Source: Lophium mytilinum
Taxonomy: Eukaryota
Assembly: GCA_010093605.1 (NCBI GenBank)
Contig: MU004191.1
Span: forward strand, 227,397 to 291,396
Direction of reading: 5' to 3'
Length of the DNA stretch: 64,000 bases
This document shows positions 40,701-54,600 of the stretch, one piece after another (the stretch's first letter is position 1; the number at the start of each line of letters is the position of its first letter). A program made the translations under genes and the position numbers. The notes below the pieces were generated by a model. It did no database searches. It was given only the letters and a program-made list of their open reading frames with translations, and was not told the DNA's origin.

Positions 40701-42500
40701 CTATTACTATATCTACTAGCTCTCTCTTCTTTATCTCTTTCTTCTTTATTTCTTTCTTCTTTCTTTCTTTCTCTACTTTTACTATTTCTACTAGCGCTTT
40801 CTCTACTAGCGCTTTCTCCGCCAGCTCTTTCTCCGCCAACTTTTTCTTCTTCTTCTCTTTCTCTTTCTTTTCTCTTTCTACTTTCGCTGTTTCTACCAGC
40901 TCTTTCTTCTTTTTTTCTTTCTCTTCTTTTACTATATCTACTAGCTATTTCCGCTTCTCCCCTTTATTCTACTCTATAGTAGAATTAACCCTATCTATAT
41001 TAGCTATATATATATCTAGACTTATAGTTAAGTTAATAATTATTTTATCTAAAGTGTTAGCGGCGGTAGATTTAGGTAGACTCTTAGCCGCGGCAGCCTT
41101 AGGCTTACTGCGGCGGGGGCGTTTCTTAGCCGGGTAGATACTAGGGGGCGGGGACTTAAAAAAGTGCGGACCTAGCTATATATTAGTTAGTAGTAATATT
41201 TAATAATTAATAATAATTAATATACGTCTAGTCTTAAGTTTAGATATTACCTCTTTAATATTAAGGCCCTTTACTATAAAACTAAGCACTATCTCTTTAG
41301 GTATACTCTTTATTTTCTCTAATAGCGTAGTTAGATAGAAGTTATTCTCTATTAACTTCTAGGTTCTATTAACTATAATAATATACTCTAGAGGGTTAAA
41401 GTCTATAAAAGTTCTATTAATAGCTTCTAGAAACTTTATAAAGCTATAGTCTTCTAGCTCTAGGCCTTTACTACTAGACCTTACAAGATAGAGAGTAAAA
41501 AGGCGTCTAGTACTTTTCTACTGCGGCAGCTAGTATATTATAGTAAGGACCGCGTGTAATAGCTAGAGCTTAAATAGGGCATTTTAGGTAGTAATATCTA
41601 GAGATTTTATTAGAGAGCTAAGGCCTACTAATATAACTAACTTTGCGGACAAGGCTAACTTAGACTGCTTCCGCTTCTTATTACTTTTAATAATACTACC
41701 CTATATTTTATATTTCTTATAGACTTTATACTAGATTAATATCTAATATACTTACTTCTACTTAGCTAATATAGAAGACTTCTTAAATATGCAACTCTAT
41801 ATATTTATAAAAAGCGTATATATTTTAGACTAAGTATCTAAGTAGGTGTTATTCTTACTATAGTTATTTTAGCCTAGTTATAAAAGACGTTTTGCCTGCA
41901 GGTATGCTTTAGAGTTCTCTATTAGTATAAATAAGTTAGCTTCTATCTAGTACTATATCTTAAAAGCTAGACCTAAGCCAGCTATAATATTTATTTAACT
42001 TAAGTAGCCTTTAGGGTTCTTAGTAAAATTAGATACTATCTTACTCTATATAGATATATTATATAGCAGATCTACTAGAAGTATTATAGCCTTCCTCTAA
42101 GTAGGTCTAGAGTATTAGTAGCTACTATAGAAAGGCTAGCGGCTATAGTAGTTATCTAGCTTATCTAGCTCTAAATTACTATTATAGTCTACTTAACTAG
42201 AGTCTATACTTAATAACTATTTATCTAGGTTAAACTTCTTATTATTTTAATTATTAGGGAGGCGTTATTAGCAACTAGTATATTAACCTAATCCTTTAGC
42301 TATATTAGGTAAATAAGATAAGAAGTTAGGGTATAAGAAAGGTAGATAGAAGGGGGTAGAGTTAGTAGATAGAATAGCGTTATATAGTAATGCGGGTAAG
42401 GGCAGGCGGAAGGCTAATAATATTAGATAAACAGCAATAGTAAGTAATAAGTAAGGTAGTTACTTACCTATAAAGTTATAATAGTAGACGCTACTTATAG
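37780..42500 (-). pseudogene. RIP-degraded SNF2-like superfamily-2 helicase/ATPase with an N-terminal K/E-rich coiled coil, intron-containing
   Basis: De-RIPped motifs in the correct order: Q-motif PYQVAG (~40000), motif I GLILVDPPGMGKTLQ (39907-39951), Ia YIIWLTKKSLLDQT (~39800), II VFFDEFH (39439-39459), SGKL (~38440), IV EKILIISE (~38380), V TGGVEGSNFT (~38110), VI QIxSRVxRKNQ (38008-38040). K/E-rich tract at ~40540-40960. The 5' end is approximate. Confidence 0.8.
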
Positions 42501-44849
42501 TATAATTAACCTTAGGATTATACGCGTTAAAAAATAAGGTAACTATAGTAGAAGATATATAAATCCGCGCGCGCTAGTAATAGAAGTAGCTACTTTTAGT
42601 TATACTTTTAAATAGGTATAACATCTATTAAAGAAGTACTTATAGAGCGGTACTAGAAATATAGTAAGTGCAGGCAAGCCTAAGGCGTAGAGAAGAAAGT
42701 TAGCGTATAAGGGAGGAAGGAGAAAAAGAAGAGAGAGAGAAAAGAGAGAGATAGAGGAGGAGGAGAATAAGAGAGGAAAGATAGGTAAGAATAGTAGATA
42801 AGAATTAGAATTAAAAGGCTAGATAGAAGGTAAAGTTTAAAGTAGCGCATAATTAAGTATATAATTAGTAAACAGGCTATATTATAATATAATAGAAGTA
42901 AAGAGTTATATAGCTTAAAAAACTCTACTACCTAATAATTAGTAATAATCGGCCTCTACCTTAATATTTATCTATACCTATTAGCTTTTAGTAATGCTTA
43001 ATAGATTAGTAATAACTTCTACCTAATATTACCTTCTACTTACCTAGGTTAGTTAATATAGGGAGAAAGGCTAATTTCTATATATAGGTGCCCCCCCCTA
43101 TTATTTAAGTTAGTGTTATAAGCTCTACTAGATTAGCGGCTAATAGGTTAAAGTCCTTAGAATAGAAAGAGAAGTTAGCTATAGCTATCTAAGAAGGTAC
43201 TATACTACTTATTATTACCTAAGCTACTACGCGCCTCTCTACCTCTAATAGTAGCTTATTATCTACTAAAGTTGCGCCCTATAAGCTAGTAGGCAGTAGT
43301 ACTAATTTATATATCTTCTTACTATCTACTCTTTTTATAAGTATTACTAATTTAGCTTATACTATAGAATAGCTTACTTACCTACTCTCTCCCTTACTAA
43401 ATAAGCACCTTTACCCTCTAGCCCCTCTACTAGCGCGTACACTACCTCTATATAGAGAACGCCTACTTTAACCTACCCGGGAAGACTAGCGTTACCTACC
43501 TATATATTTATTATACTTCTTATCTACTTACTTACTCCCGCTAGCGCTAGGCTAACTATAGTCTATATTTAACTAGCCTATATATCTTTCTCTCTTATAG
43601 CCCTCTACTACTCTAGGCGGCGCTTTCTAGAGGCTCTACTTAGTAGTTTCCGCTCTCTTTCTATCTCTTACAGCTCGCGCTCTAATAACTAGGTTAGCGC
43701 GCTTCTTCTTGCGGATTTAGCCTTTCTAGAAGTAGTAGAATTATATAGTTATATTTTATAGGCCACGCCTCTAGAATATATATAGGTTAGTAATGCTTAG
43801 GTTTACCTATTATAGTATACTATAAGGCTAACCCTTAAGTATAGCTTAAAATTAGTAGAGGTAGGTTAAAAGTAGATAAGAAAGATAATAGAGTAATACT
43901 TAGATATTTAGAGGACTAATTAACTACTATATAGTACCTGCATTCTACTAGGTAATTTAGCTATTAAATACGCGTTTAGATAAAAGCCTCTTAACGTAAC
44001 TAATATCTTACTAGACGTAATAGTACTTAGTTCTAATTTAATTATTAGCCTAATATTATACCGGCCTTAACTCTAACCCTCTAGAAGGTAGCTACTACTA
44101 TAGCAACTTACGCCTTTTATAATAATAGCTAATATACTACCAGCGCATATTAAACTAAAGCTTTAAACTCTTCTAATAACCTACTTACTATTAAATTATA
44201 GCCTCTTCTCTAACCCTAACTATTTTATTTAGAATATAAGCGTATCTACCTATACTAATACTAACTAACTATTTAAATATATTAGGCCTAACAGTAATAT
44301 ATAGTCTAGAATGGCAAAGGCTAATATACTTTAGATAGAGACTAAGTAGTAAGTCTAGCTTATGCGCAGTAGTATCTAGACTTAATAGACTAATCTATAT
44401 ATAGAGAGGTTACTACTAAGCCCTTCTTTTAACTCTACTCTAAGGGTGCTAACTAATTCTTTAATCTTCTATATAGTATACGCAAAATCTTAGTTATAAG
44501 AAATAAATTAAATAAACTATAGGGAGCGGAACTTAAAAAGATACTTACTACTTAAAAGACTATAATATAGTCTACTAATAGGTTTAAGTCTATAGTAACC
44601 TTTAAAGAGAAATATAGCAACCTCTAAAAGCACTAGAGATATACTAAATACTAACTTAATTCTATAGTAAATATTCTAATCTTAAAAGGCTAAATAGGGG
44701 TAATAGATGCCTACGCCCTTACTATTATTCTAATAACCATGCCCAATGCCACCCGTGCGGTAAAGCTTGCCAAGGCGCTATAAGACTAAGAGCTACTAAA
44801 GTAAGTTATAATTAAGTGCTAATTTAGAATCTCTACTTAGATGCGCCCT

Positions 44850-46970
44850 AGCCTACCTACTAATATACCGGGTATATAATAGTGCACTTACTCTTATTAT
44901 TTTAATCTAGATATATATAAACTATAAAAGGTAGCCTCTATAAATAAGCCTAAGTACTACTATAACCTTACTATTAAGGGCACTCTTAAGGTTCTTAAGA
45001 TTCTAGAAGAATACCTACCGCCCTTATTTAGAGGCTAGATAATTAGGTGTAATACTAACGCGACCGCTAGTAAAGAGCTAGTAGAGGTCCCTATCTTTCT
45101 TACTATTATTCTAACCTAACTAGCTACCCCTGCTAAGCTAGTAAAACCCTATAAGAGGTTAATATAGAACGCTATTTACTATATAAGGGTCTAAGATAAA
45201 TATAAGTCTTATATTAGTCTACCTTAGAATCTATATTCTAAATAGTATATACCTATTATCTTATATATAATCTATAGAGAATTAGCTAATAGAAGTCTAG
45301 CCTTATAAATATAGCTTATATTTATAGTTCTAGTATTTAGATTACTATATACTAATAAGCTATACTAGATTATATTCTATAGCTAAGCGGACTCTCTACT
45401 TAATACTGTTTATACTAATAAGAAGTTTAAGGCTATAATAATAGATAGTTTTACCTAGATGCACCTAGTTATATCTACGCTAGATACTCTAGAGAAGTTA
45501 GCGTCTATAGAAGTATAAGCTAGAGAATTTTACAGCCTTAAGTAGCCCCTAAACCTACTATAAACTACACCCCCGCTCCTAGAGTTATAGAAGGCTAAAC
45601 TTCTTACCTAAACTAATCTACTATTTATTAGAATTATAGAGCACCTACTAGTGCCCTAGTATAACTACTATACCTACTCTTCTATTAATACTCTAAGTAA
45701 GTATATAGACCTAGATTATATTCTTTATTTTAAGATTACTACTTCTAATATAAAGAAGTAAAGTCTAAATAATAAGCACCGGCATGCTACTTAGACGGCA
45801 TATAAAAATATTGCCTAGCGTACTATACTAGTTAACTTATTATAGAAATAGGTTAATACCTAGACTTATAAGAAGTTTTATAAGGTATTATATAACGCAG
45901 CTGCTAAAATACTTATAGTATTATCTATAACGCTAAATATAGTAAATATAATAAATAATATAGTAGAGAGCTTTATAGACGCAACTAAGCCCCTTTATAT
46001 ATATCTAAATTAGTACTAGGTTCTAATAATAGAGGATTATATACTACTAGAGAGACTATATACTATTAATATTTCCTACTAAGGCTACTCTAACTAGTTT
46101 CTATCCCTGTTTAAGTTAGTATAGATTATAGTTAAGCGAGTTTATAACTTTAAGATAACTAGTAGACCGGAAGGGCATAGTAAATATAATATTAAGAATA
46201 TCCTTAGGTACTATACTAAGGTACTAGATAAGTTTAAGGCTAGCCGGGCTAAGGCTAGTAATAGTGCAGAGGGGGATAAATAGAACGCTGCTAAAGTCTA
46301 CTATATTAATAGTCTAATCTTCTATATAGACTACTATATAGCTAGAGGTTTTACTATATTTATCTAAGAACTAATTACTAATAGTACTATTAACTATTAT
46401 AAAGTAAGTAGCTATTTAGCAGTTAGCTATTACTACTCCGCCTTTAGCTATAATAGAAGTAATAACTTCTACTCTAAGTGCAATACTAGTAAAGATAATA
46501 ATACTAACTAAGATAGTACCTATACGCTATACTCGGGCGATAATAAATTAATACGCCGGCGGCTAACTATCTTAGATTGTATCTATAAGGCTATTCTAGA
46601 CCTTAAGAACTGCGCTAGACTCCTTAATAGAGATAGTAATAGTAGTAATAACTTAAATGCGTAAGATAATTATAGACTATAGAATCCACGCAAAAATAAG
46701 CTTAGCTAGAGAATATAGAACTATATAGCTAAAGCGTTAGCTAAAATATAGTAAGTAGTAGAGGGCTACTATAATTAGGAATAATTAATAATAATTAAAA
46801 ATAATTAGACATTCTATAGGCGGCCTAGGTAGACTATAGTATAAGAGTTACTACTAGCACTAGTTATAGGCGCCGGTAACTTAGATAGAAGGTAGCATCC
46901 CCGCTACTAATTTAGAGGTATTAGTAATCTAGAAGTCTTCTATACCTATATACTTAATTTAAAATACTAA
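44850..46970 (+). pseudogene. Long RIP-degraded reading frame (~700 codons), function unrecognised
   Basis: One plus-strand frame reads as plausible protein, with stops only as TAG/TAA at positions compatible with Q/W/R codons. It is preceded by an intron-like GTAAGT..GCTAAT..TAG at ~44801-44840. Confidence 0.45.
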
Positions 46971-48459
46971 GTTATTATTATATTTACTATAGGTTATATA
47001 TATAAATACTAGATAGTAATATATATAGCCTATAAGCTAATATCTTTCTAGGGCTAAATATCTACTAGCCTAATTTCTAGCACTATTAATAAGGGCTTAA
47101 TAATTCTTTAGCTTCCCTATTAACCCGGTATAGAATAGAGCCTAGAGTTTTACTAGAGTGTTATTATAAAAGTAGCTAAAGAACTTAACCTACTTTTAAT
47201 GGCGCGGTATAGACTATTAAAGAAAGGCTTAAGTACTTTTATAATCTATAAGAAGATAGTCCTCTACTCTTACTACTTACTAGTCCTTATAAGTTATCTA
47301 CTCTCTATCTACCTTATCTTTATTAAGTGTAGTTATTACTAATATATATACCGCTAATTCTACCGCGTATAAGAGGCTTAAGTAGCTAAATTAGTAATAT
47401 TATAAAACTCTCTACCTAACTAGCGCCTTCTAGCTATTATCTAATTTTGCGCCGGCTAAGAGAGACGTAGAGTTTAACCTAGGCTACTTAATGCGCATCT
47501 AATATTACTATCTTATAGCTATTCTATAACTAATACTTACCCTAGCGGCTATCTTCTTAATAACGCCGGCACTCTTAGTAGATGCCCGTTAACTCTATTC
47601 TACTAGACTAGTAATGTATCGCCGCCTAGCGCTCGCCTTATAGAAGGAAGTAACGCGCTTAGACTTAGTATCTTCTTCTATATTACCTAGATAGTACTTA
47701 CCTAGAGTTAAGAGTTCTTTACTATAGCTAGTAACTACGGTAGAAAGTTAGATACTAGAAATTAGTAAAAGGTAATACTTACTTTTAATACACGCTATAC
47801 TATTAGAACTAGGGAAACTAGATATAACTACTAGTATATACTTAAAACTACGCCTACTATAAAGGTTTATACTAGCTATAAAGAATATAGAAATAATAGA
47901 AATAATTATATATAGGCTTTAGAGTTGCAGTTTAAGAAAGTAAGCTATAGTCTTTAACGCGTAGATATATTAAGGTTCTAGGCTAATAGAATAGCCCGCC
48001 CCCTATTAGAATATATTACGTGCTATTAAAGAATAATAAGTACTATATACTAGCCTATAATCTAATATAATCTATAATAATTACTTATAATCTATAAGTT
48101 TCTATATAGGGCTAACTAAATTTAACTAGAAATAGAGTATATACCTTCTACTAAATATAGATACTACTATAAGTTATTTTAAATACTTAGTGCCCTAAAT
48201 AAATATATACTATACTATAAAAAGCTTCTTAAAATACTGCAGCAGGTCCCGCTTACTAATACTAGAACTACTAGATCTATAATCTAGTCTTATATACTCT
48301 ACGTTATTTAGATAATAGACGGGATATTATTTAGAACGCCTAGATTACTACTAGTAAGTCTACCTCTACTAGCTAACCTCTATAATAAGATAAAGTATAA
48401 GATAAATAGAATAGAGCTATATATCTCTAGTAAACTAAAAGAGTACTAGAGTCCGCCTT

Positions 48460-51400
48460 TTATAAATAAAGGCCCTATAAGCTTAATATATAATAACCCG
48501 CCGGAGGCTACTAAATTCTATATTCCGCACTAATAAGGCTAACTAATAATATTATCTATATTATTGCTATAAGAGGAAGTATATCTCTCTACTAAATTAG
48601 GCATGCCTGCAGGGGCGTCTATTAGATAGGCTAATACTAGATAGTAGATATAAGTATTATTAGAGACCGCTATCCCCCCCGCCTATAAAGGCGGTATTAA
48701 AGCTTACTAACTAGTTACTCTATTATAGGGACTAATCCCCCTTCTATCTATTTTAATTAGCGTTTAACTATACTTTTATATTATAGCTTTAGTAGATTAG
48801 CTGCACTAAGAATAATATTAACCTGCTATTTAATAATATCTACCTTAAGAGCATATTCTCTAACTTTCTTATATTTACATCGGGCGATTTATAGAATAGT
48901 AAACTAGAGAAAATTAAATATAGCGTTAATAATACTAACTATATAGTAGAGATGCTATATTTCCTAAGTAAAAAATAAAGCTTAAGTAGAGAGTAGTATC
49001 TAGTATACTACTTTAATATAATAGTAGCTATATTATTCCTAATTAGACACCGCCCTTTCTATAATTACCTTATATTTATACTAGTTTAAGTCTATAATAT
49101 AGAAGGCTAGTAGGTATATACTAAGTTATATATATTAGACTAGTAGTAGTAGACTTAGTTAAAGCTTCTAGCGGGGGCTATAGTAATACCTATCTTACTC
49201 TCCGTAGATAAGATATAGCTTATCTAATATTGCGGCGATAAGAGCGTATAGCTAGTCTATCTAACTATTAGTAACCTAGATAGAACTATATGGCGCTTAA
49301 ATATATTACCTAGCACTCTACTACTAGGCTTTATACTAAGCACGGCGGATAAAGGAGACTATCTAAAGTATTAGCTATACTATAGCTCTTTAGGCTATAT
49401 TCTTAGATATTAGTAAAATTCTTACTAATACTAAGTAGTTTTCTAATATAAAATAAGCTATTATAGAATATACTACTAATAGAATTATACTAGAATACAG
49501 GGATAGTAAGAATTAAAGGTGCTATCTAGTATTATACAGAATTATAGCTAATTATAAAGAATAGAGCCTACTTATAGGTATTAAATTTAGAAAACACTAT
49601 ACTATATACTAGGTACTATTACATTAATATAAAGACCTAGAGACTAAACATACTATAAGGTCTTACTACTTAACTATTATTTAGATTAAATAGCAACGTA
49701 ATAATAAAGAGCGTTTAAAACTTCTACTAAATAAAGTACTATATAATATAGAGGCTATAGAGCTTAATATAGAGTTATATATATATTCTATAAATAACTT
49801 TACTTAGAAATACCCCTATACTAATATCTACTAGATAATAATAATAGATATTCTATACTAACTATTTACGGGCGTTATTTATAACCTTATTAAATAGGTC
49901 TAGCTACTAGTAGCGGAGGTCTACACCCTAGCAATTAGAAGAAAAGATGCCTATATTCTAATAGAAAATAAGAGCGGCTTAACCTAGCTAGATAAGTAAT
50001 TTAAGGACGTGCTGCCTTTCCCGGGTCTATCTATATTTAATAAGAAGAATTTTAGTAAACTCTTATAGTATACTAGCTCTAAATAAAAGTCTATAGCCCG
50101 CTAGCTTATAGTAGTAGTAGCACTACTACTAGAAGTAAAGGCGCTAAATACGCTCTAGTTTATCTATGCAATACTTAATTTTACTATTCTAGTATAGTAT
50201 AAAATATATAATAAGGCTACGCTAGAGTATATAGAGCTAGCGATAGCTTAAATTAATATATATAAGTTAGAATTTAGGATATTTAGACCTAGAAATAAGA
50301 ATAGAAACTACGCCTTCTACTACTTAAAATTCTATATTATATAGTACTACGTTAATTTTATATAGAAATTTAGCGCTATTAATAGCTATAACACTAGCTT
50401 AAATAGTAAAGTAAAATACTAACACCTAGTTAAATTACAGTATTAGTTAATAAACTATAAGGACTTTCTACCCTAGATCTACTAATTAAACTAGAGACTT
50501 ATAAATAACTAGGCCATAAATAATATACTAAACTACTAATATTACTATCCTTAACTAGCAGCGATAAGAGATATGCTAATGCAATAGATAATAGTATTAG
50601 AAAGTATTAACATCTTAAACTTTAAATAGCCTAGATATAATAATTCCTATAAAGGCTAAATAGTATACTATCTAAAAGTAAGTATTAAGTATATAGCTAA
50701 TATAAGCTAGAAGCTAGACTTTATAGCCGCCGCCGCCGTATTTATTTAAGAAGAGAGGCGTAAGATCTAAGGCTAATATACTAAGCCTAGCAGCCTAGAT
50801 ATATTAGACCCTAATCTATTCTAGGTTAGCTACCTCTAGCTTAAGTTCTATGCTAGTATTTTATATTAGAAGTAATTAGGTACTAGTAAGAACCTAGAAA
50901 GCCTTATAAAAGAAAATCTATAGTATAACCCTAAGTAGTAGAACTAAGAATAGTAATATAACTATCTATAGGTATAAGAGTATAGCTTAAACTATACTAA
51001 AAATAGAAAGACGCGCGTTAGTATTACTAATAGAAGGTTAGTAGAGTAGCTATAATTTATAGTAACTATTATAGACTCTATTCTAAAGGGTAAAGATACC
51101 CTATAGGCGGTATACTCTAGAGTTTTTATTTACCTTCTAGCGCTAATTAATAACGGAAAGCTATATTATATCTATAGCCTAGTAGAGGTAGCTTTTTAGG
51201 CTTCTAATAATAGCCGCCGCTAATAAAAGCTAGAAGTATATTAATTCTATCTACTACTATAAGTCCTCTAAAGTGCACATATTATACTAGCTACCTTTAG
51301 CCCGGACTCTACCTGTTTTTTTATTAATAACTATATTAACTAGAATTAATATAATACACTCTATATAAAAGACTAGAAGATAGAGGTATAAGAGATAATA

Positions 51401-51594
51401 AGGTAGTACTAGCTTAGCAGTTACACTAAAGAGATTAAAGCTACCCTAAGAGTTAAAGACGCAGTAGAGTTTTTAGTAAAGCGCGCAAGGGTAAAAGTAC
51501 TTACTAACGCCTCTTTCCTACAACTAAGCCGGTAAATACTAAGAAGTAGTATAGTAAAAAGAAGCTATAGCACTAGCAAGCAACGGCGTAGGTA
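48460..51594 (+). pseudogene. RIP-degraded Plavaka-family transposase
   Basis: De-RIPped: FLIGHRPF..LVFAPVRVYN.EGQRVYTEL..DWWWQTQ.KLPAGATV.PILLS.DKTQL.Q.CGDKS.WPVYLTIGNLD (~49035-49280); CGDGKNRRCYPVL..IMADYEEQSLLTG; DILHQLFTGV (~49850); LDKRFKDVPPFPGL; YPKFHIMQHYVDFIRKFGAIDGYDT; C-terminal FINNYIDWDQYNTLY (~51320-51365). These match the conserved blocks of Plavaka transposases (Pfam Plavaka). Ends are approximate. Confidence 0.9.
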
Positions 51595-51699
51595 GAAATA
51601 AGGCCGCAAGGAAAGATATTCTTAATTTTTCCCTACTATTAAGAGATAATTAAGCATTATTTAGCTTTATTAACCTCTAAGGCTAATTAATATAAGATA

Positions 51700-54600
51700 A
51701 TAACTATGTACTTTCCTATATAATTTCTATAAAACTAGGTAACGCTAGTATACCCCGCTAGCGCTACCTTACTTTACTTTTTAAAATTGCATATTACTAC
51801 CTTTACCTATTTCCCTTTACTAATAATAGCCGCCTAATTAAATTTACCGGCTACTTAAACTTACTACCCCCTAATTACTTTCTTTCCTTAATACTTTATA
51901 GTAATTAACCCTAAATAGCGCCTATAGTAAGCACGTTATCTATACTAGAGGTTCTAGGCTATAGTTAAGTTATAAACCGCTTTCTAGTAGGTTAATACTA
52001 TAAGATAGAGGTATAAGGTATAAACCTTAATATACTTAAACTATACTTACCTATTCTAGTCTAGTTAAACGCGGATAAACCTCTCTCTAAACCGGGTTAG
52101 AACTATAAGATACCCTCCGCCTTTACTAGAGCGTATACGTCTAAAGAGGGGGATATCTTCTACCTCTATAACTTTAAGCATGTTAGTAATAATACTCTAT
52201 ATTTTAGCCCTATTAAACTAACACCTACAAGCTATATAATATTCTAGCTAATAATACTAAGCTAATAGAATAAGTATTTTATTAATTAAAGCTGCACCTA
52301 TCTATACACAGTTAGAATGTAATTCTCTTATAGCCCTACGCTATAAGATATAATACTAAGATAAATTATCTAGAAAAGTTAGTAAGCATTAGCCTACTTA
52401 AAGAGGTAAGTAAGTACTCCCTCTTCTATAGATACCTGCTAATATAATATCCCTTTTCTAGCTATTTAGGTAATACTATTAAGACTCTATTATTTATAAT
52501 ACTTATATATATATATTACCGGGTAAAATACTAATCTTTACTCTTCTAAAATTCTTTTATATATACAGTTACGTCTACTATATAGACCTAAATACTAATA
52601 AATACTTTAGCCTATAACTATTATCTCCTACTATAATATATATAGATTGCGGATCCGCTAGCCTTATAGATAAGTGCACCAGTCTAGACCCGCTCTAACT
52701 AAACGCAGCTAACTAGTTAATAATACTTTAAAACCTCTTAAGTAATATCTATATATAATATATTATTAACTATAAATAATAGTTAGACTATAATCTACTA
52801 AAGCCTTTTAATCTAGAGGACTTTTAGCACTTAGTTAATCTATATATAATAGAACTTACTAACTATAGAACTAATTTAAAGATAAGTAAAGCGTTTAAGT
52901 TAGAATTTAAGCCTAATATAGATAATATAGAGAAGAAGAATATAGAGATAGAGATAGGCAAGATAGGTAATATTAAAGTAGAGATAGAGGCAGATAATAT
53001 AGAGATAGAGGATAGCGGGTAGAAGGCTTCTCTTAAGCGTGCTTAAGTTATATAGTAGGTAGTATATATAGTTAGTCTAGACCCCTAAATATAGTAGTTT
53101 ATTCTATAATAGCGTCTATATTTAAGTATAAGGTATAATAGGGTTTTAAAAATATTAATATATAAGTTAATTACTAGCAATTTAATTTTTCTTACTACCT
53201 ATACGCTTAACCCTTCTCTTTTATAGATTATTAATTATAATTAGAGATTATATATATCTCCCTTTTATAATTAGAGTTAGCCCGCTACTTATATTATCTT
53301 ACCCGTCTTAATTCTATTATACTCCTTCTTATTAAGCAGGGCTACTACTTATTTAAATACCGCGCAGGTATATATAAGTTAGTTACACTAGTTAAGATTT
53401 ACGCCCTATAAACTATTTAAAGTAATACCTAGGGTAGCTAATATTAGGGGCTACATTTCTAATAATATTAAGAGGTATTCTATTAGTAGACCTACTACCC
53501 TATCTAATAGACCTAAATTCTTTCTCTAATTCTAAAGTAGCATATATTATTCTTTATCTTTAGGCCCTAACGCTAGAAGACTGCTCTTTATAGAGCCCGG
53601 TATTACCCGCAGCTTCTACTCTATTACCTCTAACACTTAATATAATTAATTATAATTAGAGATTATTACCCTCTCGCAATAGTATAAAGTCTACCTTAAC
53701 TATCTAACTTCTTAGGCTACGTAGCATTATCTATTACCTAAGCTAAGGCTATAAACCTACTTTACCTAGTAGACGCGCATTATATTATAGCTAGTAAAGA
53801 CCTTTACCTTCTCTACTAATAACTAAGCAGGCTAGTAAGTAAAATTTAACTCTAACCTTACTCTTATATATAAGCCTTACTATACTCTTTCTTACTATAT
53901 TACTAATAGCTTAATAGCCTAAGTTACTATAACCCCGCTACTATAATAGAGTAGATAGCAGTCTACTAGAATAGACTAGTAGACCTTACTATTACTATCT
54001 ATATTAATAGCTATATAGACTACTTTAAAGCGCTATATACTATATATAGTAGAGATAATCTAGAGAAAGCTACTATATTTCTCTAGCGCCCTTAGAAAGA
54101 TATTATAGACTTTAAGATTAAATATAACGCACTTATCTAGTCTATATATAAGTATTTACTATACCTAGTTCTAAGTTAAGAATTAAATAATATAAAGGGC
54201 GGCTAGTCTAATAAGCTAGAGATAAAAACTATGCCGGAGGTAGTAAAGAAGGCCTATAGAAAGGGCTCTAAAAGCTTCTTTATTAAGAATTAGGCCTATA
54301 TAAATCTATCTACTACTTCCCCACCTATATCTACTAACTATTTACTAGTATAAGAAGCTTATAGTACCTATAGTTCTAGATAAGAGCGGCTTTAAATACT
54401 CTAGAGGTAAAGAAGGTATAGTAGTATAGCTGCGTAAGGGCTATAGACTCTAAGTTAATATATCTATAAATACGCTTAATATTACTAGTAGTATAGCACT
54501 AATTATATATATAAGCTATACTTTAATACCTACCCTACTAAGTATATTCTAATCTATACTTATTAATATAGATGTTAGAAAGACCTTCTACTACTACTAA

